Below, piece after piece: positions 8,680 to 22,094 of a stretch of DNA of 64,000 nt. The translations under genes and the position numbers were made by a program. The notes under the pieces are model-generated. The model did not search any database. It saw nothing but the letters and a program-made list of their open reading frames with translations, and was not told where the DNA came from. Each line of letters opens with the position of its first letter. The stretch's first letter is position 1. The DNA is taken from NCBI GenBank assembly GCA_041659225.1, contig JBAZYR010000001.1, positions 15,266 through 79,265 of the forward strand, written 5' to 3'. The DNA is from Candidatus Staskawiczbacteria bacterium (GTDB lineage Bacteria > Patescibacteriota > Minisyncoccia > Minisyncoccales > Staskawiczbacteraceae).

Positions 8680-9234
8680 TTAGAATTTCACCTTCACAGG
8701 CTCCTTCTCTTTTGCTTCTGCTATTTCAAACAAATCCATTTGTTTGAAAGCAAATATTGAGGCAATGATGTTCGATGGGAAAACTTCTATTTGAGTATTC
8801 AGTTCCATAACGTTTGAGTTATAGAAGCGTCTAGCTGCCTGGATCTTGTCTTCAGTGTCGGACAGCTCTCTTTGAAGTTCTAGAAAATTAACTGATGCCT
8901 TCAAATCCGGATAATTTTCTGATACTGCGAACAGACTCTTTAAAGTGTCTGAAAGAAAGTTTTCGGCTTTAGCTTTTTCCTGGGTTCCTTGCGCTCCCAT
9001 AGCTGTTGCTCTTGCTTGGGTTACTTTTTCCAATAATTCCCTCTCGTGGGTAGCGTAACCTTTGACTGTCTCGACTAAATTAGGTATCAAGTCATACCTT
9101 CTTTTCAACTGGACATCAATGTCAGCCCATGCTTCCTTGGTCCTGTTGCGAAGCCTTATTAGGCCGTTGTAGCCTAGGATTACCCATCCAAGGACAATCA
9201 CTACGATGGCTATAATTATATATGTGATACTCAT
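8680..9234 (-). CDS. lemA: LemA family protein
   Basis: AWADIDVQLKRRYDLIPNLVETVKGY, ENYPDLKA, ARRFYN. Confidence 0.95.
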   Translation of the reverse strand: MSITYIIIAIVVIVLGWVILGYNGLIRLRNRTKEAWADIDVQLKRRYDLIPNLVETVKGYATHERELLEKVTQARATAMGAQGTQEKAKAENFLSDTLKSLFAVSENYPDLKASVNFLELQRELSDTEDKIQAARRFYNSNVMELNTQIEVFPSNIIASIFAFKQMDLFEIAEAKEKEPVKVKF

Positions 9235-9300
9235 TTTTTTTATATATATTATCTGTTGTTATACTGCAAGCAGTATAGCGAACAAATAATACAATATTTA

Positions 9301-9840
9301 TTAAGGTATCGGCAGCATTCCTTTGATTACTATTGTTAAAAAAGGATGCTGAATAGAAAACTTGTGATGGAACAGTTTAAGAATCGTTGCAAAATCCAAA
9401 AGCTCTTCCCTCAAGCTTTCCGGGCCGGAAAACACTTCCCAAAACTCCTGATTAATATTTTTGGAAAGATTGTATAAAATTTCGTAGTCGGATTTCTCCT
9501 TCAAGTATTTTATTATCCCCTTAAATTCTGCTTTGTCCAGCCAAATTCCTTCGCATAAGTTGCACAGATCAACCGTGACCTGGGAATTATCATATCTCAC
9601 TTCGTAAAGCGGCATCCTGCAGTGCGGACAAAGACGGCCGCTGCGTGAAAGAACAAACTTCTTTTGATCCTTCCATAAATCAATATCCAGCCAATTCAAA
9701 TTCTTATCTCTTTCGTCTTTAGCTTGCCTTAATTCATCCTTATCAAACCAAAGCCCGAGACACTCTTTGCAATGGTCAACTTCGACATTTAACAAAATTA
9801 CTTTTTCTAATGTTTCTTTTTCACAACTAGGACACTTCAT
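9301..9840 (-). CDS. Tandem zf-TFIIB zinc-ribbon protein
   Basis: Two CPxC...D.C..C.G(L/I)W(F/L)DK.E repeats. Confidence 0.85.
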   Translation of the reverse strand: MKCPSCEKETLEKVILLNVEVDHCKECLGLWFDKDELRQAKDERDKNLNWLDIDLWKDQKKFVLSRSGRLCPHCRMPLYEVRYDNSQVTVDLCNLCEGIWLDKAEFKGIIKYLKEKSDYEILYNLSKNINQEFWEVFSGPESLREELLDFATILKLFHHKFSIQHPFLTIVIKGMLPIP

Positions 9841-9876
9841 AAAACTACCGCTTCTTAATATTTATACCTTATTCTA

Positions 9877-9918
9877 ACCAAAAACCCTTCCCTATACAAT
9901 AGAAAGAAGGGTTTTGGT
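9877..9918 (-). terminator. Intrinsic terminator after groL
   Basis: AAAACCCTTC/GAAGGGTTTT inverted repeat. Confidence 0.6.
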
Positions 9919-9927
9919 CAAGAATAT

Positions 9928-11852
<1,925 letters not shown>

Positions 11853-11858
11853 ATGTTT

Positions 11859-11885
11859 TTATCACTTAAGTTATTTAATTGCTAA
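11859..11885 (-). promoter_or_regulatory. Degenerate CIRCE (HrcA operator)
   Basis: TTAGCAATT-N9-AAGTGATAA versus consensus TTAGCACTC-N9-GAGTGCTAA; lies between the promoter and the groS ATG. Confidence 0.7.
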
Positions 11886-11891
11886 TTTTAC

Positions 11892-11919
11892 ATTCTAGAA
11901 AAATATGGGGAAATGTCAA
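11892..11919 (-). promoter_or_regulatory. groSL promoter
   Basis: TTGACA-16 bp-TAGAAT. Confidence 0.7.
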
Positions 11920-11975
11920 TAGATTGGAAATAAAAACCACCCGGCAATACAGCATATAGGTGGTTAAATTATTTC

Positions 11976-12350
11976 TTAGTACCCCACCTTGTTGATAAGC
12001 ATCTCTAGTAAATTCTTTACCTCCGCCTGCGCTTGTTCTTCAGTCGCAGAATCGATAAACCTCTGCCACTGGTCAAGCAACGCCTTATTATTTATTTCCC
12101 GTATAGCATTTTCTAACTGTAATCTATCCTCAAAAGAAACTTCCCCCTGCGCCTTTAAAACCTTTGTTACGAATAATCTTGTGAAGGTTAACACCTTCGC
12201 ATTATACTGATAACTCTTGAGGCTCGCTTTCGCGGCCTGGAAATCGATACAAGACGTATAGTATTGCATCAGAACAAAAACCATGGAAATCACCAGCACA
12301 ATAATGATTGAAAGATATACTTTTTCTTTTGTCGTAGAGCCTTTAAACAT
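11976..12350 (-). CDS. Membrane-anchored helical hypothetical protein
   Basis: N-terminal TM helix; starts 1 nt after the stop of the giant surface protein. Confidence 0.8.
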   Translation of the reverse strand: MFKGSTTKEKVYLSIIIVLVISMVFVLMQYYTSCIDFQAAKASLKSYQYNAKVLTFTRLFVTKVLKAQGEVSFEDRLQLENAIREINNKALLDQWQRFIDSATEEQAQAEVKNLLEMLINKVGY

Positions 12351-12351
12351 T

Positions 12352-15300
12352 TTATTTTGTCTTAGCCTGTATCCTTTCTCTTATCGTATCACGATAAAAG
12401 TTCAGGAGCAACAGAACTAAAATTAAGAGTAATAAAAGAACTTTCCAGTCAAAATATTTTGCAAACCAATCATTTCGCAAAAGCTCGATATTCTCGTGCA
12501 TCTCTACGCCGTTTTTAATCTCGAACTCTCCGCTATAGTAGGCGACATATCCGGAAGCTTCAACTTTGATATAATAGCTGCCTTCAGGAACCAGAAAGGC
12601 ATACCTGCCGGTAACGTCTGTTGTTTGCGGATTAGATTGCTGATATTGTTTCGCCGGCCATAGCTCGTACAGTTTCGTTTCAGGATTCAGCCAATACAGG
12701 GTAACCTTAGCGTTGTTAACTCGAATCTGGCCTTCCGAACTCTGAGCGTAAATATAACCTTCGGGGTCAACAACAGTGATAAGGCGGATTTCTTTTGACT
12801 CTACATTTATGTCTTTATAATTAATTGTAGTGACTATCTCATATTCGCCCATTGCCACAGGAGCAAATATTCCCGCGGTCCAAATTCCGTCCCTATCGTT
12901 ATCCTGATAATTGAATTCCTGCAAAAGTAAAATATTATTTATATCTTCCTGCACCTGGCTTGATATTAAAGAGGCGGCTAAATACTGCGGAAACGGGTTA
13001 GAGGAGAATCCCGCTTGTTTTAAAGCAAGATATCCTTTTACTCCCTGAACTGGTTTATCGGGCTTAACAATTAATTGAAGAGATTTTCCAGAAAGCATCT
13101 TTATCTTTTGCTGCAATTCTCCCTGCGCGTTAACATAAAGGCTGACGTTTTGATCTACAAGGCCGTTGCTGGTTCGGGCGAAAATAACTTCGGTTGGTAT
13201 TTTTGCTTTTGCCAATACTGTTAATTTATCCAAGGGAATCCCCTGCGGGAGAGCAAGCTTCCCTGTCCCTATATCAGCTATCGGCAAACTCGTTGTTTCA
13301 GCCAGTCCAGGCAACACTAGGTTCACCCCTACCAACTTACCCATATCTGATATCCTTAAAATATCTATTTCTTTAAAGGTTTTCCCTAATGAAGGTATTT
13401 TCTGAGCGAGGTCGCTGAACTCTTTCGGTATAGGACCTAAAACAAACTTTCCGAAAGACTTTGCAGGGAAGATGTTCCATTTATTTCGCATGGAACTTGG
13501 CGCTTCTTCCATAACGATTTCTTCAGCAGGCGGCAAATCTAATTTTGGTTCTTCTTTCGGCCCGATAATTTCTTCAATTATTGTTCCTACTCCATCAATA
13601 ATCTCCCCGGGTATTTTCACCACCTCTTTAACCGCTTCTACCGGAGCTTCAACTATTTGCTGTACAACTTTTTTCCTCCCTAAATTAATCGTGTCAGAAA
13701 CAACTCCTGACGGCTGGCCCCAAGAATTGAAAAACTTAACATAAACTGTTTTTACGCCTTCTCCGTCAGAAAGCTTCCAGATTTTAGCATCCTGGTAAGA
13801 TTCTTGAACAGAATTTGTAAAGGCAGAATCGTTGGCGATAGCCATCCTCACGGTATCTGATCCAGCATTCAAGATCAGAGTGACTTCTTCATTTTCAGTA
13901 CTGGAATCTCCGTTGTTGATTAAAACTGAGAATCCACCGGTTGGAGCAGACGGCGGGGCATAGGCGCCGCCTGGAAGTCCGCCGCCGCCACAAGAAGAGG
14001 TTGTCGCGCTTACAGTATCTGAAAAATCTGTATCTACCGCATCTCCATTTCTCGCTTTCACTCTGAAACTGTAGCTTGTACCGCAAGAAAGCCCGGAATT
14101 TATCCAGAAACTTGCTGTTGTCCAGCCAGAATTGGTGGAGTTGGTTGTATTCTCGACGTAATATTCCGTACCTGATGCATTGGAGTTTGCGCTCCATGAA
14201 ACAGTAATCTGTGCAGCAGAGTCTACGGCTGCATCCGTGCTTGCCGGTGCATTGGCTAAAGTATATTTAGACGAAGTAGATGAATAGTCGGTAGTAACAT
14301 CGTCTCCGTTTTTCGCATTGATCGATACAGTATATTGCGTATTGGGCACCAAACCACTGACTGTTAAAGGCGAAACCCAAACAGATTTAGTTTGGTAAAC
14401 TGGAGAAACTCCCAGTGTACCATTAGCTTGAACATATTGAGAACCAACTTTAACTGAGAAAGTGGCGGCCGAGGAATTGCTGTTCTCATTGATAACCACA
14501 CCTAGAGTTGTTGAGTTGCTTGCGGTAAGCGTGGGAGTTGAAGGCGTATTAGCCAAAGTATATTTTGAAGATATTGAGGAATAATCAGATACATTGCCGG
14601 CTGCGTCTCTAGCTCTTACCTCGTATGCGTACAGCGTACTCGGATTTAATCCAGTATCAGTAAAAGAGGTTGTAGCCTGCCATCCGCTGGAAGAAGCTCC
14701 GGGATTGCCCGTTGTTTCAGCCACGTAATATGGCGTATCATCCAAACCTGACCCAGTATCAGTAGCGGCAGAGAATACTACTAATTGCGTGCTTGAAGTG
14801 GCCGTGATAGAGGAAATATCTGCGCCGGCCGGGGCAGTGGCATCAACCACGAAAGGAGAATCACCCTGTGAAGAAGAAGAACACATAGACAAGGCGTTAT
14901 AATCGCAAACAAATGCATACCACTCCTTACTCCCTTCATCTCCGGCAACGGTCGTATGATCGCAGAAAGCCACAGAGCCAGAATCAATCGAAGAGGATAC
15001 GCACCAATTTCCACCGCCGCACGTTGGAGCGCCTAAATTATTCGCGGTGATTGAATTTGTTTTACATACCGCCAAATAGTAGTCATCGGATTCTCCGTCA
15101 ATAGCCGTAGCCGTAAAAGATACGTCGTCCCCTACTTTTGTCTGGGAAGCAGCGGATGAACCGCCGTCGGACGGAGCCACAGAAATTGAAGGGGCGCTAT
15201 TAAAACTCCAATTTAAATTATGACCGTCAGCACCAATAGTATTGGTGAAAGTAACCGCGTTCCCGCTGGAAGCATCAGAGTCTGTTACCTGCACATAGTT

Positions 15301-18300
15301 GATGGCAAAAGTGCCGTTGGCTGTCAGTGTCCAATAAGTGCCGGGTTCGTCAGAAACAAGATTAATGCGATCGTTATCATCAATACCGGCTAGAGTAAAT
15401 AGTCCATTAATAGTTTGGGTACCGGTATGGTCGAAAGTTAATGTTAAATCCGTGGAATTATCATCAGCGTCTGTTTTACTGAAATTATGGAAAATGGTGG
15501 AGCCGGAGATTGACTGGTTTCCTCCGGCAAAAGTGACTGTCCCGGTTCTTGGATTGAATGTTCCGCTATTTATCCAGTTACCAGTCAGCGCAATGTTATA
15601 TGAGTTTCCGCTCCCTATATCCAACGTAGCGCCAGTGTTGATTGTTAAATTCCCGTTCACGGCTAAGGCACCGGCAGCAGTATAGGTTGTAGCCCCAGCA
15701 GGCGTCAGAGTCAAATTGTTATACGTAGTTGCCGCAATATTCGCAGTCGTGCCGGTATATATGACAGTAGAGGAAGCAACCGTGAAAGTGTTGTTGTTGG
15801 TTAAAATAGTGCCGATTCCCGTTAAAGTCAATGTATCTCCTGTAATATCAAAAGTATCGTCTGCTCCTATCGTTAAAGCAGTCAGTTTTGTATTGGTAGA
15901 AGTAGAAACCGAAGTAGTGGTGGACGGTCCGATAGTGATGGTTCCTAGGTCCTGTCCCGAGGTGGAATCAGTTATTACCTGGGTAGTTCCGTCAAATGTT
16001 AATGTCCCGCCGGCGGTGAAAGTAGCATTGGAAGTTAATTCAAAATCTCCGGCAACATTTAAATTATTTGCATTTTGAGTGAATAAACCAGATTGCAGGT
16101 AGAACTTACCATCCACTTCTAAGGCGTTACCTAAAGAAAATGCGGCTTTGGTAGCGTTTTCGTCGTCAATAGTAAGATTAAAATAATCAGGAGAACTAAA
16201 ATCCTTAATAGTTATAGGATCAGCAGCATTGTTGCCGTAATAAATAACTGTTCCGGCTGCGGTGCCTAAGTTGTTAACACTAGTCAGTGTTTCTGTGCCT
16301 TTCAGCTTAAAATTGCCGGAATTAGCCACAGCAGCAGCGGAGCTGAAAGTTAAGTTTTTCCCACCAAGATCAAAACTCGTTGAGGCGTCTATTGTCAGAG
16401 AAGTAGCGGTAAGTGCAGAACCTAATGTAACAGCTGTTGACGCAGTTGATATTTGTACTGCACCGAAATCATCTGAGCTTGGAGTGAAGGTTTGGGCAGA
16501 ACCCTTACTGAATTTAATGGTTCCCGTTCCTTTTGTGAATGTGGCGCCAGTGAAATTAGCAGATCCATTGAAAGTAACACTTGCGGCTGACCCACCACCC
16601 GCAGCGCTCAGAAAGCCTTCAACAACCGCGTCTCCAGATACGACAGTGGCAGTGGCATTTGTTGAAGCATAAAATTCTCCGATATAAGAGTCTGCGCCTC
16701 CGGTCGGACCGATGTTAAAAGGGCCGGAGAATATATGCACGCCGCTGGGAATTGAAGAAGAAGCTCCGAACCCACCATTGCAAATAAAGGAACCGCCGAT
16801 AGTAACTGGCCGAGCACCTGGAGAAAAATATGCACCAGAATCTATCGTCAGATTCCCGCTGGTGGCAAAACTACTTAACACAAATAAAGATACGGCGTTA
16901 TAATTTGTTAGGGGCTTCATTATAACGTCATCGAAGACTACGGCCGGCGATGACACGACAAGTCTGCCGGTCTGGTTTATCACAACAGTAGATCCTACCG
17001 CGTCCACTACGCCTGTTGTATAACTAATAACAGCAGTAGTTGGTAGATTGGCGCCAACATTTATAATTTCGCGAAGATGTAAAGTGGTGTCGGCAGTTTT
17101 TGCAATTCTTATATACGGCAACAGACCCTGACCCTCTGTTCCGGCTGCGCCACCGGTAAGAGTTTGCTCACCGCTCCCATTTATATTCAAATAACCAGTT
17201 GGAAATCCAGAACCACCAGGCCACGCGTAAGTATTTGTTACTGTGATATCTCCCTGAGCGTTGAGGCCAGTAGTGGCGCCGACAATCTTTAACCAATTCG
17301 CCCCTCCGCTGAATAATAATAGTCCGCTAACGTTTTGCGTCGTGCCCGTTAGCGTATAGGTGGTAGGATCAGCAGTGGGATTAAACGTCAAATTGTTAAA
17401 AGTAGTATTGCCTGTAAAACTCATGGTTGTGGTCAGCACAACCGTTGAGGTTGCTGCAGTAAAAGTACCGCTGTTAGACCAAACACCATTAACCGTGAGC
17501 GTATGACTAGTTCCGTCTTCTGTCAAAATACCGCCTGAGTCAATGGTTACTGAGGCCACCGTGCTATCAACATCAAGGGTAATCGTATGGCCGTTCATAA
17601 TTTCTACTGTGTCCGCTGTCTGAGGTATCGTACTATTACAGTTCGTCCAGGAACCGGCAGCGCTCCAGTTGCCCGTAACGGCGTTACTCTGGCAGGCGTA
17701 GGAAGGATCAACGATATAGTCGATATCAATATTTCCGATAATCTTTAAATCAAAAACATCTGTAGGCGTTTGCAGATTAGTAAGATATACCGTGTAAGTA
17801 TTTTCTTGGTCGATACTTTCGAAAGTGGTGATAAGTTGGTCACTGTTTTCTGCGTATACTTCTATAATCGCAGCTTGACCCGGGATTGTTGCTTTAGCAT
17901 ACAAAGTGATATCCCTTGTGTTATCTAGTATATTTTCAAAGGTTACTCGTACGTACTGACTGTTCTCTAAAGCTACCCAGCTATTGTCCTGTGTTTGGAC
18001 TTGTTCGTAAATATCTTCAAGAATATTTCTGTCTTGGTCCAGCCTGAAAGCCTTAGAGATGAAAATAATTTCGAATATTTGGTCTGACAGGTGAGGAACT
18101 GTCCACTCTACGTAATCAAGCTTTCCGTCATTATCTAAATCGTATGCATTAAATTGCACGTCTTGATTCCCATTGTTTTGCCATTTTATTTTTATCTTGC
18201 TCTCTTCTCCGACTTTAAATATTTCAGGTATTGTAGTAAAAGCCAAAACATTGGTGTATTGCTGTTCTTGCTCGGGAGACGAAACTGTTACCAACTTCCC

Positions 18301-19218
18301 CTCTTCTGTATCTTGTTCGGTAATTTCCGGCGCTGGAGTTTCATATTCAATTTGTACGTATTCGCTTTGCTCCTCTGGCGGAGTTACCACGGCTTGAGGG
18401 TCGGCAGGCTCTACATCTGGCAGGTCTACGACCTGCTGATCCGATGGAGATGCTGTTTCTAGAATATCGCCTTCTTCTACAATCGGCAGGATATCAGGCA
18501 CATCTTCGATAATTTGTTCAGGAACTTGTTCTTCAACAACCTGCTCTTGAACTGGAACTGGCTGCTCAATAACTTGGTCTGACAAATCAACGAAACTTGC
18601 CTCGTCTGTCCGAATAATGTCCTCCTCTTCTGGCTCAGTCATAATCTCAGTTATCGCATCGGTGATTTGCTCTGCGGAGTCAAGAATATTAGCTAATAAA
18701 TAAGAATAGGGATCATCTGGTAAAAAACTCTCGGCTGACCTAATGCCAACAAATTTCTTCCTCTCGTCATTTGATAAATATTGCACGGGTTTTAAGGATA
18801 ATATCTGACGCACCTGGCTGTCATCAACAGATTTTACCTTTATATTCCCTGCTTCTTTGGGCAATTGAATCAAATACTTACCTTGGTCCAAGGAACTACG
18901 TTTAACCAAAACCACCCATTTGACTGATTGGCCCACAATTGTAGCCGAAACCTTCCTGGCAATCGTATCAGTTACTATCACAGAGTCAGTAATCTGTTTC
19001 GGAAATTTCGGCAAGATGTTTACGGAAAGATTGAAGAAAAAGAAAACAATAATTAATACAATCGCGCCTTGTACAAGGAAATATGGCCTAGCAGAAAAAG
19101 TGAGGTCTTTTCGGGAAAAGGTCAGTTCTTTGCCTGCGCAATTACGCAAAAAACCTTTACAACGCGCAATGTACTTTTTAAATAGCTTATTCCAGGAAAA
19201 CATTTGGTACTCTAGCAA
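12352..19218 (-). CDS. Giant surface protein (beta-helix-like passenger, Ig and 3 FN3 domains, carboxypeptidase-regulatory-like domain, C-terminal TM)
   Basis: T/G/N/A-rich repeats; FN3 motifs FTDTGLNPSTLYAYEVRARD, VSGLVPNTQYTV, GLSCGTSYSFRVKARN; NPQTTDVTGRYAFLVPEGSYYIKVEASGY; start uncertain (TTG 19218 or ATG 19203). Confidence 0.85.
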   Translation of the reverse strand: MLEYQMFSWNKLFKKYIARCKGFLRNCAGKELTFSRKDLTFSARPYFLVQGAIVLIIVFFFFNLSVNILPKFPKQITDSVIVTDTIARKVSATIVGQSVKWVVLVKRSSLDQGKYLIQLPKEAGNIKVKSVDDSQVRQILSLKPVQYLSNDERKKFVGIRSAESFLPDDPYSYLLANILDSAEQITDAITEIMTEPEEEDIIRTDEASFVDLSDQVIEQPVPVQEQVVEEQVPEQIIEDVPDILPIVEEGDILETASPSDQQVVDLPDVEPADPQAVVTPPEEQSEYVQIEYETPAPEITEQDTEEGKLVTVSSPEQEQQYTNVLAFTTIPEIFKVGEESKIKIKWQNNGNQDVQFNAYDLDNDGKLDYVEWTVPHLSDQIFEIIFISKAFRLDQDRNILEDIYEQVQTQDNSWVALENSQYVRVTFENILDNTRDITLYAKATIPGQAAIIEVYAENSDQLITTFESIDQENTYTVYLTNLQTPTDVFDLKIIGNIDIDYIVDPSYACQSNAVTGNWSAAGSWTNCNSTIPQTADTVEIMNGHTITLDVDSTVASVTIDSGGILTEDGTSHTLTVNGVWSNSGTFTAATSTVVLTTTMSFTGNTTFNNLTFNPTADPTTYTLTGTTQNVSGLLLFSGGANWLKIVGATTGLNAQGDITVTNTYAWPGGSGFPTGYLNINGSGEQTLTGGAAGTEGQGLLPYIRIAKTADTTLHLREIINVGANLPTTAVISYTTGVVDAVGSTVVINQTGRLVVSSPAVVFDDVIMKPLTNYNAVSLFVLSSFATSGNLTIDSGAYFSPGARPVTIGGSFICNGGFGASSSIPSGVHIFSGPFNIGPTGGADSYIGEFYASTNATATVVSGDAVVEGFLSAAGGGSAASVTFNGSANFTGATFTKGTGTIKFSKGSAQTFTPSSDDFGAVQISTASTAVTLGSALTATSLTIDASTSFDLGGKNLTFSSAAAVANSGNFKLKGTETLTSVNNLGTAAGTVIYYGNNAADPITIKDFSSPDYFNLTIDDENATKAAFSLGNALEVDGKFYLQSGLFTQNANNLNVAGDFELTSNATFTAGGTLTFDGTTQVITDSTSGQDLGTITIGPSTTTSVSTSTNTKLTALTIGADDTFDITGDTLTLTGIGTILTNNNTFTVASSTVIYTGTTANIAATTYNNLTLTPAGATTYTAAGALAVNGNLTINTGATLDIGSGNSYNIALTGNWINSGTFNPRTGTVTFAGGNQSISGSTIFHNFSKTDADDNSTDLTLTFDHTGTQTINGLFTLAGIDDNDRINLVSDEPGTYWTLTANGTFAINYVQVTDSDASSGNAVTFTNTIGADGHNLNWSFNSAPSISVAPSDGGSSAASQTKVGDDVSFTATAIDGESDDYYLAVCKTNSITANNLGAPTCGGGNWCVSSSIDSGSVAFCDHTTVAGDEGSKEWYAFVCDYNALSMCSSSSQGDSPFVVDATAPAGADISSITATSSTQLVVFSAATDTGSGLDDTPYYVAETTGNPGASSSGWQATTSFTDTGLNPSTLYAYEVRARDAAGNVSDYSSISSKYTLANTPSTPTLTASNSTTLGVVINENSNSSAATFSVKVGSQYVQANGTLGVSPVYQTKSVWVSPLTVSGLVPNTQYTVSINAKNGDDVTTDYSSTSSKYTLANAPASTDAAVDSAAQITVSWSANSNASGTEYYVENTTNSTNSGWTTASFWINSGLSCGTSYSFRVKARNGDAVDTDFSDTVSATTSSCGGGGLPGGAYAPPSAPTGGFSVLINNGDSSTENEEVTLILNAGSDTVRMAIANDSAFTNSVQESYQDAKIWKLSDGEGVKTVYVKFFNSWGQPSGVVSDTINLGRKKVVQQIVEAPVEAVKEVVKIPGEIIDGVGTIIEEIIGPKEEPKLDLPPAEEIVMEEAPSSMRNKWNIFPAKSFGKFVLGPIPKEFSDLAQKIPSLGKTFKEIDILRISDMGKLVGVNLVLPGLAETTSLPIADIGTGKLALPQGIPLDKLTVLAKAKIPTEVIFARTSNGLVDQNVSLYVNAQGELQQKIKMLSGKSLQLIVKPDKPVQGVKGYLALKQAGFSSNPFPQYLAASLISSQVQEDINNILLLQEFNYQDNDRDGIWTAGIFAPVAMGEYEIVTTINYKDINVESKEIRLITVVDPEGYIYAQSSEGQIRVNNAKVTLYWLNPETKLYELWPAKQYQQSNPQTTDVTGRYAFLVPEGSYYIKVEASGYVAYYSGEFEIKNGVEMHENIELLRNDWFAKYFDWKVLLLLLILVLLLLNFYRDTIRERIQAKTK

Positions 19219-19270
19219 ATAATAATTCTATTATTATATCATGCCAGAGTGAATACATCACTGTGGAAAA

Positions 19271-22084
19271 CTAATTTATCAGATATCTCCCCGTATGGCT
19301 TTTTTTGTTTTTAGCGATATCTGATGGAGTGCCTTCAGCAATGATCCCGCCTCCCTTATCCCCGCCCTCAGGTCCCAAATCAATGATCCAATCAGCATTT
19401 TTGATGAGGTCTAAATTATGCTCGACAACTAAAACTGTATTTCCCTTCGCTACTAGTTCCTTCAAAACAAACAGTAGTTTCTTAATATCATCGGGATGTA
19501 ATCCGGTTGTCGGCTCGTCTAATATATACAGAGTCCTGCCCGTAGCTTTTCTTGCCAGCTCATTGGCTAATTTAATTCTTTGAGCTTCTCCGCCAGACAA
19601 AGATGGGGCGGGCTGGCCTACCTCCATGTATGAAAGGCCTACATCCTTTAAAGTTTTAAATTTGGCAAAAAGGCCGGGGACGTTTCTGAAAAACTCCATT
19701 GCTTCTTCAATGGTCAGGCCCAGAACTTCGGCGATATTCTTTTCTTTGTATTCAATGGACAAAACTTCCTTACTGTATCTTTTCCCCCTGCACTCCTGGC
19801 ATTCAACGTAAATATCAGGCAAGAAATACATTTCAACCTTGATCTGGCCTTGACCTTCACAAGCTTCGCATCTTCCGCCTTTCACATTGAAACTAAACCT
19901 CCCTGGGCCGTATCCTCTGACTCTTGCTTCTTTGGTTTTTGTAAAGATGTCCCGGATGTACGAAAAAGCACCAGTATAGGTTGCTGGGTTAGACCTTGGA
20001 GTCCGGCCTATGGCCGATTGGTCCACCAAAACAACCTTATTCAAATGTTCTATTCCTAAAATCTCCTTGAACTTCCCCGGCTCGTCTTTGGCGCGATAAA
20101 ATCTTTGCAACAAATACCTCGCTAAGATATCTGACACCAAAGAACTCTTTCCCGAGCCGGATACTCCAGTCACGCAAACAAACTTTCCTAGCGGGAAATT
20201 AACATTAATGTTTTTTAAATTATGCTCCTCGGCACCGATTATAGTTAAATATTTTTGCGTTTCCGGTTCTTTAGATTTTTTTGGTTTTCCAGATATCACT
20301 TCTACCTGCTTGCGGCCGGAAAGATAATCTCCCGTAAGGGTGCGTGATTTTAGTAATTGCTGGGGATTGCCCTCAAACACTATTTTCCCACCGTGTTTGC
20401 CTGCCCCCGGGCCCACTTCAACTATCCAATCGGCAGCCATCATTGTTTGAGGATCGTGTTCCACTACTATAATCGTGTTCCCTAAGTCCCTTAATTTCTT
20501 TAAAGTTTCTATAAGCTTATGCTGATCTCGGGGGTGCAGGCCGATTGAAGGTTCGTCGAGGATATATAACACTCCCGACAGCCTTGAGCCGATTTGAGTC
20601 GCCAGCCTTATTCTTTGCTCCTCCCCTCCGGATAAAGTCGATGCTCTCCTATCGAGCGTTAAATATCCTAGTCCAACATCAGTCAAAAACTCTATCCGAT
20701 TAATAATTTCTTTGATTATGGGCTGAGATATTTTTAAATCAGAGCTCTGGATTTTGAGCTTTGGGTCTTTATTCTCTACAATGCTCTCAAAGAATCCTTT
20801 TACTTTCTCAATACTCATCTCAACAATTTTATCAATTGCATATCCGCCGACAGTAACTGCTAATACCTCTGGCTTTAATCTCTTGCCCAGACACTTCGGA
20901 CACTGCTTGATTACCATATACTGCTCAATTTCCTGTCGCGTCCAGTCAGAATCTGTTTCATGATATCTTCTCTCCAGGTTTTGTATCACGCCTTCGAACT
21001 GTCCGTCGCCAAAAAGAATAACGTCTACAATTTTTTTCGGTAAATTTTTGACTTCCTCGTCCAAGGAAAAGTTATACTTGTCAGCTAGCTCAGAAAGCTT
21101 AGCCCAAAAGTATCCCTGTCTTCCGACTTTGTGGGAGGCGCGCATCCAAGGCATGATGGCTCCTTCGCTAATCGTAAGGTTTTTATTAGGAATAACTAAT
21201 TCTGGATCAACTTCTAACTTTTCCCCCAAGCCGGTACACTCGGGACACGCTCCAAAGGGGTTATTGAAAGAAAAAAGCCTCGGCTCTAATTCAGGCAAAG
21301 AGATTCCGCATTCTTCGCAGGCAAAATGCTCAGAAAAGACTAAATCGGTTTTGGATTTAGACGTGCTAATTAGTACCATCCCTTTTCCAAGCTTTAATCC
21401 TGTTTCAACTGAATCTGCCAATCTTGACCTGTCTAAATCTTTATCTAGAACTAATCGGTCAACTACGACTTCAATGTTATGTTTTTTATTCTTATCAATA
21501 GTCTGCCCTAAAACTTCTTCTATCCTATAGACAATCCCGTTTAACCTAACTCGTATAAACCCTCCTCTCTGGATTTCTTCCAAGGTTCCATAATGTTCGC
21601 CCTTCTTGCCGCGTATAACCGGACCCAGAATAGTAATTTCAGAGTTCTTGGGTAACTTTAGTATTTGATCAATAATCTGGTCCACTGTTTGCCGAGAAAT
21701 GGATTTCCCGCATTTCGGACAATGGGGTTTTCCGATTCTTGCAAACAAAAGACGGAGATAGTCATATATCTCTGTGATTGTTCCTACAGTCGATCGGGGG
21801 TTATGCGAACCTTTCCGCTGATCAATGGAGATTGCGGGAGAGATACCCTCAATTTTATCAACGTCTGGTTTGTCCATCACGCCGAGGAACTGCCTGGCAT
21901 AAGCAGACAGGCTTTCTACATATCTTCTTTGACCCTCGGCGTACAAGGTATCAAAAGCTAAGGAGGATTTGCCAGAGCCGGAAAGTCCAGTGATTACAAC
22001 CAGTTTATTCTTAGGTATGTCTAAGTCCACATTTTTTAAGTTGTGGACTCTCGCGCCTCGAATTTTGATAAAATTCTCTGCCAT
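19271..22084 (-). CDS. uvrA: Excinuclease ABC subunit A
   Basis: GARVHNLKN, two Walker A motifs ([18 protein letters not shown]), zinc fingers, LDEPSIGLH and LDEPTTGLH. Confidence 0.98.
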   Translation of the reverse strand: MAENFIKIRGARVHNLKNVDLDIPKNKLVVITGLSGSGKSSLAFDTLYAEGQRRYVESLSAYARQFLGVMDKPDVDKIEGISPAISIDQRKGSHNPRSTVGTITEIYDYLRLLFARIGKPHCPKCGKSISRQTVDQIIDQILKLPKNSEITILGPVIRGKKGEHYGTLEEIQRGGFIRVRLNGIVYRIEEVLGQTIDKNKKHNIEVVVDRLVLDKDLDRSRLADSVETGLKLGKGMVLISTSKSKTDLVFSEHFACEECGISLPELEPRLFSFNNPFGACPECTGLGEKLEVDPELVIPNKNLTISEGAIMPWMRASHKVGRQGYFWAKLSELADKYNFSLDEEVKNLPKKIVDVILFGDGQFEGVIQNLERRYHETDSDWTRQEIEQYMVIKQCPKCLGKRLKPEVLAVTVGGYAIDKIVEMSIEKVKGFFESIVENKDPKLKIQSSDLKISQPIIKEIINRIEFLTDVGLGYLTLDRRASTLSGGEEQRIRLATQIGSRLSGVLYILDEPSIGLHPRDQHKLIETLKKLRDLGNTIIVVEHDPQTMMAADWIVEVGPGAGKHGGKIVFEGNPQQLLKSRTLTGDYLSGRKQVEVISGKPKKSKEPETQKYLTIIGAEEHNLKNINVNFPLGKFVCVTGVSGSGKSSLVSDILARYLLQRFYRAKDEPGKFKEILGIEHLNKVVLVDQSAIGRTPRSNPATYTGAFSYIRDIFTKTKEARVRGYGPGRFSFNVKGGRCEACEGQGQIKVEMYFLPDIYVECQECRGKRYSKEVLSIEYKEKNIAEVLGLTIEEAMEFFRNVPGLFAKFKTLKDVGLSYMEVGQPAPSLSGGEAQRIKLANELARKATGRTLYILDEPTTGLHPDDIKKLLFVLKELVAKGNTVLVVEHNLDLIKNADWIIDLGPEGGDKGGGIIAEGTPSDIAKNKKSHTGRYLIN

Positions 22085-22094
22085 AAAGTATGTT

